This document shows, piece after piece, positions 52,101 through 64,000 of a DNA stretch of 64,000 nt (positions are counted from its first letter, which is position 1; each line of letters starts with the position of its first letter). The stretch is from Phoronis australis (lineage: Eukaryota > Animalia > Phoronida), in assembly GCA_002633005.1 (NCBI GenBank), contig NMRA01000468.1, positions 223,152 to 287,151 on the forward strand, written 5' to 3'. The notes beneath the pieces are model-generated. The model was not told where the DNA came from and made no database searches. It saw nothing but the letters and a program-made list of their open reading frames with translations. Both the position numbers and the translations under genes were made by a program.

Positions 52101-55100
52101 GGTTCTCAAGTTCATTTTGTTAATTTCTCAAGTTTAATTTGATGTACCATCTGTCATCAATGAATTGACAAGAAAGTGTGTTGTCATCTGTCTTTGATTA
52201 CTGAAACAAATTGGCCGTAGGCTCTCAGGCCCCCTAGTGGTTGAAGTAGTATTGTTTCTTCAACTTAGAACACAACATGGCTGAAAAGTGAAATTTTATT
52301 TCATCATAATTTTCAACAAAACTTGAAAAATGAAAAAAAAATTCATCATTTGCACAGTTTTTACTGTACACACCAACAAATACACTATGAAATTAGAGCA
52401 TTTTAACAATGCAGTGAACTGGAAGATTGACAATTTTGTAAGTATTTTTTTTTTGAATTTGAAGACAATTTATCGTAGTAACAATGTTGTTTGTGGTGAG
52501 AAATGAAACATGCTTAGCATTGTCATGTGTGGATAACAGTTATGCAAATGTTAGAGCCTCTCGTTGCATGGCTTTGGTCTCTCATTGTCACCACCAGAGG
52601 ACTCAATGAACTGCATTTTCGCTCAAATCCCGAGGACTACTGATGCTCTTGTGTTCACTGTTCATGAATTGTTGGGTTACTTTATCAAATACTCAAAATC
52701 ACAAAACTTTACTTTCAGATATGCTCTTAAAACAGTGCCATTAATTTGGACTTTGAGTGATCGCAGTAGCTTATCGTTTGGGTGGATCAGTGGTGTCTGC
52801 TTGTCCAACACTAAATTATGATTTCTTGTTTTGTCTATGATGTTTTGAGGTGATATGTTATGATATGTGTGATCCTAAGGACGTTTTACAACAGTTTTTT
52901 TAGTATTTGATGATGGTCATGTCACTACTGACTACATGAAAAGAACTGGTTGTGGTTCAGGTCAACTCTACCGGTTTGCACACCACAGAATCTGCAAGTT
53001 CAGATCAAAGACACCATGCTGCTGTGGTTAATTAAATCGCCTCAGGCTGCTGATATTATTGTTCTCTGGATAATGAGACCCATCGATAGTATTTTTGCAT
53101 TTTCGTTTTGAAAGTTTGAAAACAGCATATTTGAATATGCAGTTCGTGAAAAGCACACGTGATGAGGTTTTCAATTTTGAAAATTGTACAAGGAATGCGA
53201 CTTTTAGAACCTGAAATGTTTTCAGTAATATGTTTCTAATTAATTCTACTGGGTGTGCAAGTAATTGGGCCCATTATCAAACCACAAGGCAGCAGGTGAA
53301 TTTTGAGGTAAGCCAAGTGTCATTCGTACAATTGTTGGCATAGTTGACTTCATTACATCAAGTAATATGTTTTATGACAGTTGTTCTACCTAAAATATCC
53401 CTGCACATACGATGTCCTGTCATTCTCCTGATTTTGTTCAGCTGTTGCGAACGGCATTCAAGATGCGACACTCGGGAACACGCTATAGGAATACGGCGAA
53501 AATTTGTTTTATTCGCACAAAGTCTGCGCTTAACAGAATGCCACGTTAATGCTCAATTGCCTGAAATGTCGTTTCCAGCCTCACAAAGACGTACAACCAT
53601 CTTTCAAGCCCTAACCCTACACGCCTCAGCGCTAGTGATACTGAGGTGCACCAGTGGCACCCTGGCTGTTGTTCTCGCTAGTCACCTCACCTGTCCATGT
53701 AAATCAACAGACCCTGCTGCCGCCTCAATAAACTAGTCATTACTTCATGTTCAAAACTCCATTAGAGACAGCCAGCACACCTCTCTGGTATGCCAGCTAA
53801 TAATGAACTGCGTGTTCACTTTTGGAGACCCAGCGGTCTACTGTTCCGGAGTGCCGCCTTGTTTTTTTTCAGTTTTCAATTGACCTGGTTCTGACACCCG
53901 TCATTTTTTGCTCAAGATTCACATTTGTAATTTGAATGTTTACCAGCAGTGTTATTATATAACTTTCTAATTAGAACCACTAATCAGATTATGGAAAAAT
54001 GTCATTCTCAGTCTCTGTTGTGATACTTGTACACTTAAAATACTCTGAGAAGACATTAGTGAACACTGACATCCATGTTTATGCAATTTTTATGGGAGAC
54101 TACCATAGCATGACGCTCTGTATTAGCTGTTCTGGTAGCCAAGATGATGTTAAGCATCCGCATTCATTGTGTGGCACGTGATAATTGTGGTGTTTTGAAC
54201 CATTTGTCATATCTCTTTTTGGCTTTGGTAAAGACCAAAGGTTAATTATGCTGCACCGTAGATTCTACACGTGATTTCCTTTCAGAACAACACGTCCTTT
54301 GCCACTTTAAACCATGTTCTGGTGTACAGAACGACTTACTCTTCCAAACCAACATCATCATGGGCCTATCATGATTGATTGAATAGGAATTAAAGCGGTT
54401 TGCAATAAAATTCCAATTTCAGCAGTTGAAACTAATACACTGCATGAAGTAAGCTGAAGCAATGACAAATTAATTGTCATTTCTTTCCAATCCTCAGAAA
54501 TCATTTCTAATCTCCGAACAAGGAAGAAGCTGAGACCGTTTTCATTTCTAATTGGAGGTCAAGGAAAAAGATGAGACCGTTTTATTAGGAAATGGCCTAA
54601 ATTAAAAGTTGTTTTTTCCCCAAAAGGCATGTATTTATTGCCCCTTTAAAATGATTTCCGCTGAGAATTCTGACATCGTTTCTGCTCTGTGTTGTAATTG
54701 ATACTTCTGAACAGTTTGCATCAGATTGTTATTGAATTAGGGCCACAGTTGGCGCTTTCTAAAACTTTGCTTGGCTTGTTTAATTTTTTCTTAAAGTTCA
54801 CCACAGTCTTGCCATTGACATTTAACCCTTTCCTGCCAGTAAACCATAAACCCACAATCTGAGGATTTGGACAGTCATTTAATAATGATGTTAACATGTT
54901 TGCCAGGCGTGGTACTGCTGCACTCAGTGATTTCAAAGGGTTCATGAGTAGCTGTCGTGTTAAATAACACATCTTTAATAGGCTTATTTTAAACAGGTTT
55001 TTAAGAAGTGAAAATAATCAATACAAGTGACCTAAACATTTTTTTAATTTGAAGAAGCGTGGTTTCACTGGTTCTCAAAATGCTACAAATTAAGCCAGTT

Positions 55101-58100
55101 TTGGTAGTCTTGTATGTTACGGTCATCCAGTCTTGAATTGGTTGCCGAATGAGCCGGTACACTGAAGCCACGAGCTATGCGGATGTGCGCCACTTCCAAA
55201 TTTGCAAATTTTAAGGTTGGCTAACCCCAATAAATTCTGAAGTGTTGTCTTTCATCAAAAGTTGCTGACAGTTACAATGCTCTTCATGGCAAAAATAGAA
55301 TCCTATTTTAGTAAGGAATATTATGACTGACTTAATGAGTGTAAAGCCTTATTCAATTTGTAGCCAGCTTGAAACAGGCTGAAAAGCAGGTTTAAATAGT
55401 AAGTTGAGAGTTGAGGGTATACAAAAAATTACAGCAATAAAAGTATTTGTTCTAAGTTTTTATTGCTTGTGTGCAGTGCTGGAAATTTGCCTCCAATTAA
55501 AGTTCAATTGGTGATATCTGATGCTGCTAACTACCAAGGCAGGAATGACTCATAACTCATGTTGGGCATTAGAGTGTCTGTGAAATCAGAGTAGACCTGA
55601 AGACCTGCTAAGGATTTGTGCAGTCATGGAAGAGTCGTGTTTATGTAAGGTTGGTGACCGCTAACCTTTGTGGGTACTATACCGTAAAATCCATCCAGTT
55701 TAGAACACAGTATGACAGACAAGTGTTTTGTTTTGTTTTTTACTTTTGTGCAAAAGATAAGAAGTAGAAAATAATTAGGTTTTGTCAGTCTTAAAGTAGT
55801 TACCATAACTACCATCAGACACGGTTTTGAGAAACTGGGCATTCTCAACACTGTTGAAGGGCATTGAAAAAACGAAAAAAAAATCAAATTTTTCTTTATT
55901 ATTTATTGCCAAGTACAGAAGTGATAAATCTCTGTGTCTCAATTGATACCTTGAAAACGACAGTGGCCGATCATATGTTTTCTCAGTGCTGTGAACACTG
56001 CTTCAAGCAGAACTCTAGTTTACAACTTAGGTGCCATAACTATTAATAAAGTTGTGGTCACTATGTCATGTTGCCAAATCAGAGCCCCAAGGTGTCAAAC
56101 TTAATTAAATACTTTATTTTGTTTTTCAAAATCGTCTGTAACCAGGACAGTATTACTCAGGTTATGGAGGGTTTATTCAACACAGAATATGACAGACTAG
56201 TGGAACTTTATTTTACAAATTTTCTCTCCAGAAAGAGACATTAAAAATCTTTCTTCTTGACAATATTTGCACTTCGTTATCCAAAGCTATAAAACAACAC
56301 TTTTTGTGTTGAAGTAGTCAGCCTTTGGTTCATACAATCCTGATAATTTTCAGGACTAGTGGGCACCACCTAGGGTTGCCTTATTCAGAACCTAAAGGGG
56401 GTAATAAAACGATTATTCTCTTGTTGAGGACCTTAAACCCTTTGATAAGCTATTTTCTTATACAGACCAACTGCAACTAAGGGGAGGGTTCACAAAGCAC
56501 TGCTTTCACTCGTTTTTTTTTGGCAGCTGCAAAAGTCCTATTGTGCGCATTAAATGACAGTCTACTCATATACAAGTGTCCACAAAATTCTAAGCCATAA
56601 TGTGGAGTAGTTACTCCCTTCCAGCCCAAAGTGACCTCATTTATGGTACACACTCGGCATCAAAAAACTATTGTTTAAGCTGGTAGTAGGAGTCCATGTC
56701 AACTACCACATTCTGACCTTATGGTAGTGTTGACAAATGTCTGGTGAATTTAGCATGAATTATTGTACAAATTAAACCCATACTTTTGTGTGGTTCGAAT
56801 TAGTCCGAGAGTTTTCTTAACTTCACTGGTGATGGCATTTTCAGGCTTTACCAGTCATCTGTATTTGCCAAGTCTGATGCAGTTGGTAGTCAAATTAAAT
56901 CTGCATTTCGCTGCTATGATGAATTCTTAACGATCACTCTGGGATTTGAAATCATTGCTGTGCTCAGCCTCTCTTGAATTGTCGAATTAGCTGGCAAGTC
57001 AAGACACAGGCAACGCGTTTATTGCGCCATTTTCGAACCCGGCCGCTGTTTTAAAATTGGCCATCCCCAATAAACTTTGAAGTGTTTTATGAAGTAGCTA
57101 ATTGTTTCGATGGTTTTATTGGTAACGGAAATAGTATGTACCATCATGGTGAGGAATGTAATGAGATTGATTTTATGAGAGAAAGAGGCCTAATTTGATT
57201 TTTGTTTTTTGGCTTGCTGATCAGGGCAACGCAGCTTTAAAAATGTGGGAAGTGAAATTAATTGTTGTCTGCATTTCTTAGTTATCGTTCTCTTCACGGA
57301 AACTACACGCAAATCCCATTGAAACATCGGCAAAATAAGACAAAGTCAGACGAGACACCAGGCCTCACTCAGACTTGGGTTTTTTTGCCAAAAAAATGGC
57401 AAGGATTCTCAGAATCTCGTTTTATGTCTGACGGCGAGATACAGCTGTTGTGAGTTTATATTTGAAATTTCAACACAACATGTTATTACAAAGTTTATGG
57501 AAAAATGACCTGATAACAGATAACAGTTTGTTTTTGTTAGTCATAGGGCGATCTTCTAGGGGCTATAGTATGGTGTTATGTCTGGCATGGTGTAGTTGAA
57601 TTACATGTAATCTTTTGAACATAATGGGCTGTGGTGGATCATGAGGTGTTCAAATGATTGTGAGTCACACTCATAAAAATAGAAGGACCTGTCATAATAA
57701 TTCAAATCTTCAACTTAATGTGTGAACTCATGATATTTGCACCGTGTCATTTAATAACATTTTTAGTATTCACTTCTTATCCACCTACATATACATGTCC
57801 ATGTTGCCGTTGTCTCTGATCAGGTGTATTGCATGCGACTGATGCCCAGGGTAGCTCGGCACCGGCGTGTGAGCAAGTGGTCAAACCTTCAGCATTGACA
57901 TGAATTTTAGGTTTCTGATTTGATACGTTTTTCATGAAAAGTGCTGCTTTTCCCCATGGCTAATTATCTGCCCCGTTTCCTAAAAAATATGATGGCATTT
58001 TATCAGTTTTGTGTAGATTCCGTAAGTGCTGTGCCGTTTTAATTTCATTTTATGTCTATCTTTGTACCTGCCAAACCTCATGACTGTTTTTATGAAAAGA

Positions 58101-61100
58101 AGCCGACTTAGACCTCCATTGGGTATAAATTGTGGTGTGTCCATTGGTGGCATGTTTTATGTCTTTGTGGCAAATGTTGATAAATGTTTATTTTTTAATA
58201 ATTTTGATTTCTAAGCTTTAAAATTTGATAGGCACCCCAACACTTTTTTGTCAATTCTGCCCATTGCAGCTCCCCATGAAACTCAATGGCCAACTCTAGT
58301 AATCATTTGCTGTGAACTTTGGATACATGTCAATGCCTCTTGTTGCTCTTGTATTTTTGTGGCAATCTTGATATCTACATGGATTGCATTTGCCAATGGA
58401 TGACGAGCTGAGTGGCTGCCCCCTGTAGACTTAATTTTTCGTTCGCTACTATTGCTCACTACTATGGATGTATGCTTGGAGGAATAAGCACCCCTTATAT
58501 ATTTGACGTTTGCCTTCGTTCTTGTCGTTAATAGGAACAGATCAAAATGTCCAAAGTTAAGTAAACAATTGAATTATACTTATTTAGAGAGAGCAAATAG
58601 AACTACAGAATAGAACTGTAACGGTTAATGCACAATCACTGCTGGTGGAACTATTTTGGAGCTAATGTTCAATAGACTGCCTCTGTTCTATCACTGGGAA
58701 TGCCAGTGATGTTCTGAAGTCCCTGAGATTGGAAGCAGAGGTGTCTGTCAAACTAATACTCTAAATTGGTCTGTATGGGCATGTCATTCACCAATGAAAT
58801 TGGTAACCCCTTTGTATGTGTTGTTTCCAGCTTTATCGGCTGTTTGATGACTTAATGTTGCGTAAATGTGCTAGAAAAAAACAAACATCACATGTATGCC
58901 TCATATCAGTTGGAAAAAAATCTGGTTTGGCAGTATGGGTAAAGTGTTCATTGGTGGCACAATAAAGCTCTCTTGCAGCCACCAACTGCCTGTGACAGAT
59001 GGCAACAGACGCCATTACCAGCTGTGCTGGCAAATGGACAGGAAATGCTGATGACAGCAAATATCAGCTAACATGGCAAAGGACCTTTAGAAGAAAAGGA
59101 CTGCATCTTTCTATTGGTCTTGATAAGCCCTTCATGGACCAGTTCACCTTTACCACGGCAATAAACTATACAGTTGTTTGGGCTAAATTTAGACAGATTT
59201 TGCATTTGTTGAATAAAATGATAAATGGGGACATTCTCACTAAGAGCTGTTGCACTTTGGGTGATGTAGGATCTTATCTGATGAGGCTGTGTATTCCTCC
59301 AAACATTTACAAAACTGTAAATTTAAACAGAGTAAAAGTGTATATTTTCTGAAAGTTTTTAGCAGTCTGCCATTCATTGGGTCACATGACCATACTTTTG
59401 TAATAAAATTAAGCGAAAAGAAAAGTACATTGATAACAAATCAGTGCTGTGGATAACATTACCAAATTTCATTTGAGATAAATGTTCAGAATGAAATATC
59501 AAAAATGCTGTTACAGTTTTCTTAAGTATCATTTTGTTCTCGTTTCATACAACTTTTAACTTTTTTTCAAGAAAATCATGAGTCCTATATTTTGATAGCC
59601 TAATGCAAAAGTAAAAGATTTTAAAAACAACACTAGCAGATTTTTGGACAACTGTCCGTAAGGCATACTATCTAGAAGTTTCATGTGAATCCGATTATTT
59701 CTGAGACATGTTCCAAAGCTATGACAAAAAGTCTCGGCAATTTCGTACAGAAATAATTGCCAAAACTGCACTTTCTTCATTTTTCAAGGGATTTTAACAT
59801 TGTTGTGACGTCAATCTTTTTAAGTATTTTCTGTCGGTAGCTATGGCACAGAACTCAGATATGGCCAAGCATTCTGGTGCTGTATGTCATGAAAAAATGA
59901 GAAAATAAAATTTCACCTGTCCACCATATTGTGTTGTTAAATTGGCAAGATTTTGTAGTTACCAAATTTCGACATTTTTCAAGTTTCCTTATGTCTAAAT
60001 ATTTAATGTGATATTCAACACAGCTTGACTCAACAATTTCTTGATGAGCGTCATCGCTACATATCACTCATTGGGTTGTACATGTATACAATTTCAGCAG
60101 TGAGTTACTACCAGCGATAGCCTAGGTGTTGTTGTAGGTTTTCTTCAGTCACGCATCTCGAGGAGGGTTGAAATCCCCCGAGCGGGATTGTCCATAAATC
60201 CAACGCTGCTGTCTGTCTTTCATTGATACGTTTTTGTGGCTAAGAGATACACTGACCCTGTTTCAGGGATGAAAATGCATTTTGTGATTATGGTTAGATG
60301 GGATTGACTTTCAAGTTGACCAGAGATATGAAACAACGAAACAACATTCATTGTTTTTACGATTTATTATAAACTGGCAATTCTCATGGTTTTCTGCCAG
60401 TCATTTGTTGGAATCAACAGTGATTACTTTATTTGTTAAATATGCTTTAAGGAGGATGCCATTTGGTTTAATTTTTTTTGTACCGTTTTAATCGGTCTAT
60501 CCACATCACCTCGTATGCAGTCGATCTCACCTCACCAAGAGGTGTTGTGTTAACTTGTGAGGAAGCTGAGTACATGACGCAGCGATATTAGTAGTTCTTC
60601 AGCTGAGTGAGTGCCGCTATGGTGTGGTGTATCGTTCCCCCTTGTGCGAACTATGAAGCTGCGAGGAAAGCGGGTATATCGTTTTTTCGAATTCTGAAAT
60701 GCTTCGGAAGTGGCTCGCAGCAGTAAAGAATGAACTGTCGCTGTTACTTCTAAGTATGAGGCTGTGCAATATCTGTGTCTGATTTAAGTAGCCATGTTGA
60801 CCTTTGTTGTGGTGGCATTCTCCTTTAAATATTCTATGCCAGTGAACTAAACAAAGTATCAATAGTTAAAAGACTTTTTTGTGTTACATAGATAACAGCA
60901 TATAAATAAGATGATGTTCTTATTTTCTACTACTGCTTTGGAACTTTGGTCGTAACCATTTCGCTACCAGCGTGCCAGAAAACTAAACAATGTTTATCTG
61001 TCAGAAAAGACGAAATAGGAAAAGGTGCAATGGCGCTGCAACTTAAAAAGTGGGATTTTTCTCCTCCTGCAAAGTGTTGACCTAGGACTTCTGAGTGTGT

Positions 61101-62818
61101 GAACGCGATTTCACGCTGGGACTGATATCAGAAAAAACATCTTGGATTACGGATAATGTAACTTTAATTTAGTTTGTATTAGGAATTAATGACTTCTCAT
61201 TGGTTCAATAACCACATTGTGGCAACATGGACCATGGTCTTCGGAATTGTTTCGTGTCGTGTGTTTTGTCAGGATGCCAAAATTGTAATGCCAAAAACAA
61301 GTTGCTGTTGTTTTTTCAATGTGTTCATGATAAAGTGTTGTGTATTACATGGCACTTCTAAGTCACAAATCTCGGTATGAGTTTTCAATATCCATAAACG
61401 ATAAGCTACAAGTGAAACTTCCCCTCGAACTCCTGGTGGGAGAGTGATAGTCATTTGGAAATAGCACTTGAAATTCACAAATATTCTCTCGTTTACTGTT
61501 TGCTGTGTTCAGGCCTATAAACCCCCCTTCTCATTGTTCTCCATTCCCATAATGCACTGTGAATATCCTTTGAATGTCTGTGGTCCCTAATCATATGATG
61601 ACAGACTACTTGATTATTTATTAGCCACACCAATGCATTACAAGGGCGTTAAAAGGATCATTGACATTTTAATGTAGTTGGAAGTATTTGTTTGTCATGT
61701 AAACAATTGTCTATCCACTAACTATCACTTGTTCTTGTGTCAGCTCTACTGCTTTCTTAACGTAAACAAATCTGAATCATGCTTTGAGCCTCCATGGGCT
61801 CTAGTTGATGCAGACACATTTTGATTGAAGAACTTGTTTTTGGAAAGAAAAATGAAGTTTTGACCCTTAAACTTGAAAGCCACGTAAAGGTCATCTTGAA
61901 ATGTCTCTTCTAGTCTGGAGCACAACTGACCACATGTCATCTCCATCACCAATACTGACACTGTTGAATTTGCTTAAATGTAGCGAGTTTATTTTGAACA
62001 AAAAACTCCACTGAATTGTTCATTTCATCCTGACCTGTGGTTGTTACCGTTTCAGTCTTCTAGTCAAAAAGTTGATCATTCGATCTCGCTGGCATTTGCC
62101 TTGTTACTGTTAGGGTTATGTTGGACCTTATCTGCAGTTCTATGTATTTAGCCAAATATCTCGAAAGCCAGATTTTAAGTAAATGAAAATATACATTTTT
62201 TGAAAGTAGAAAGTCTATAGAATTTGACTTTTTAGCATTATTTGGATCACAGGTCACATGTCCTTTTAGTAATAGAGAAAGGTGTAACTAACATTGATAG
62301 CAGTATCGGTAACGAGCATAAAATTCGTTTGATTTAAGTGTTCAAGGTGTGATCTCAGAAACATTATTTTTGTTTCATGCAGCTTTTTGACTTTTTGTCA
62401 CGAAAGTCATAAACTAGTTTTTGAAGACCCATCATGTAGAGGCGAAACCTTTTGGAGAGCGGTGACTGCGGTGTATGTCTGAAAGTATCATGTGAATCTG
62501 GTGTTAGATGTTCTAAAGTTAGGCAAATTTGGGCATTTTCTAGGGTTCTTATGTAACCTTTATCCTCAGTTTATATGAGACTCGGGGTATAAGTGTCTTT
62601 AATGAAGGAGACGCAGAATGTGATTTTGGCTCATGTGCGTTCTGCCGGATATCATAATTAATGTGTGATTGACAGTGAACTGTATGCAAAAGAACAGTAT
62701 AATATTCATTTAGGTAGCAGTTGGTCACCTCATTATGTAATGTTTGCATCAGGGAAATTTAAAGATAGGCTGCGTAAAAAAGTTGGTCACGCTGCAGAAC
62801 TATTTTGAGCGATCACTT

Positions 62819-63183
62819 CATTCTGAATAAGTAGCCCCTCACTACATTCTCTACATTCTGAACAAGAAGCCCCTCACTAAATTCTCAACATTTTGAATAA
62901 GAAGCCCCTCACTAAATTCTCCACATTCTGAATAAGAAGCCCCTCACGAAATTCTCCACATTCTGAATAAGAAGCCCCTCACTACATTTTCTACATTCTG
63001 AATAAGAAGCCCTACATTCTCTACATTCTGAATAAGAAGCCCTCTCTACATTCTCTACATTCTGAATAAGAAGCCCCTCACTAAATTCTCCACATTCTGA
63101 ATAAGAAGCCCTACATTCTCTACATTCTGAATAAGAAGCTCTACATTCTGAATAAGAAGCCCCTAACTACATTCTCTACATTC
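62819..63183. repeat. 35-bp minisatellite CATTCTGAATAAGAAGCCCCTCACTACATTCTCTA, ~11 units, with shorter deleted variants at the 3' end
   Basis: Unit starts at 62821, 62856, 62891, 62926, 62961, 62996, 63026, 63060, 63095, 63125, 63146. Confidence 0.95.
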
Positions 63184-64000
63184 CATCAATGTTTTATATG
63201 ACGTTGCTCCTGAAGTTCGACATTGATAATGTTCCTAAACCCGATCGAATGTTTGGTGTCTCAAAATTCCGTGTTTAAGTACCTGTCCTCAGCTTAACAT
63301 GTAACCCCTCACCTGTGAGGTGATCTGGACGGGTACGGAATTATGCTTCTGCTTCAAGAAAAATGGCTGCGTGATGGCATGCGTTCATAGCATAAAAATG
63401 AAAATATGTCAGAGGCGTAATATTTAGTATTAATAACAGAATCTGTTGAACTTTTTTGCCCAACTGTGCCAGGTGCTGGCGATTAAACTGTTCTCTCTCT
63501 TGATCACTGCCAGGCACAGTTTTCTACACAGCTGTTATTCTGTGGCAACAGTGTATGATTTGGAATGTTTCTGAATAGTGGTTTTGTGTATTCCACCACC
63601 AATTTCTCCATCCTTGTTGGCTGTTTTCTAATTTTGTGGCTGGTTGATTATTATGAGAGGTTGCTAATGTGTTTTAGTTAAAGTCCTTGTACCCATAATA
63701 ATTAGGTTGAAGAGGAGAAATAATAAAGAGAATTGTGTAAGAAAGGAAAAGGCTAATAAAAATGGCTTGCAATGAGTTTGAAATCACTCATAGCAATTAC
63801 TTGAGATTTTTGCTAAGTTGTGTTTTCGGATATTAACGGCCACTGTGAATGCTTCCCAAGTTTCTCAAGAAACGTATGTTTTCAATATGTATAGGTAATC
63901 CTATCACAGTAAGGAATATTATCAGACTGGTTTTAGTCAGAGCAAAAGGCCCAGTCCGACTTTCCCTTTTTAGCAAGATGCCGGGGGGGGGGGGGGGGGG

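Noticed and set aside
53344-53736. 130-aa plus-strand ORF as exon 2 of the second gene
   Set aside because: Non-ATG start, no Ig or other motif, no convincing phase-1 splice pair.
58999-59352. 117-aa plus-strand ORF
   Set aside because: No recognisable domain or splice context; a length expected by chance in 64 kb.
62819-63183. CRISPR-like 35-bp repeats
   Set aside because: Units are contiguous with no unique spacers; eukaryotic intron; no cas genes.
63982-64000. G-quadruplex-like poly-G (also poly-C at 25427-25443 and 47876-47906)
   Set aside because: Simple homopolymers, typical of MITE ends, and next to assembly gaps or the window edge; lengths unreliable.

Overview
AT-rich, intron-rich animal (bilaterian invertebrate-like) genomic DNA, not prokaryotic; the species cannot be determined from the sequence. 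The left half holds the 5' part of a minus-strand Ig-superfamily adhesion gene of the NCAM/Fasciclin-II/apCAM type. I reconstructed 7 phase-compatible GT-AG exons: a signal-peptide exon at 32143-32209, a 25.5-kb first intron, then three Ig domains each split over two exons (6601 down to 312), continuing off the window start. About 13 kb upstream, head-to-head, is a plus-strand signal-peptide exon (45222-45276) followed by an intron that apparently runs past the window end, possibly a paralogous cell-surface gene. Everything else is non-coding, with non-autonomous transposons: a DINE-1/Helentron-like element carrying a ~145-bp-period array of CTCF-like motifs, two inverted MITE copies with 6-bp TSDs (one nested in a TTAA element flanked by a ~128-bp duplication), tiny palindromic MITEs and minisatellites. 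Most ORFs in the supplied track are spurious. I found no transposase or RT ORF, tRNA, rRNA or CRISPR array.
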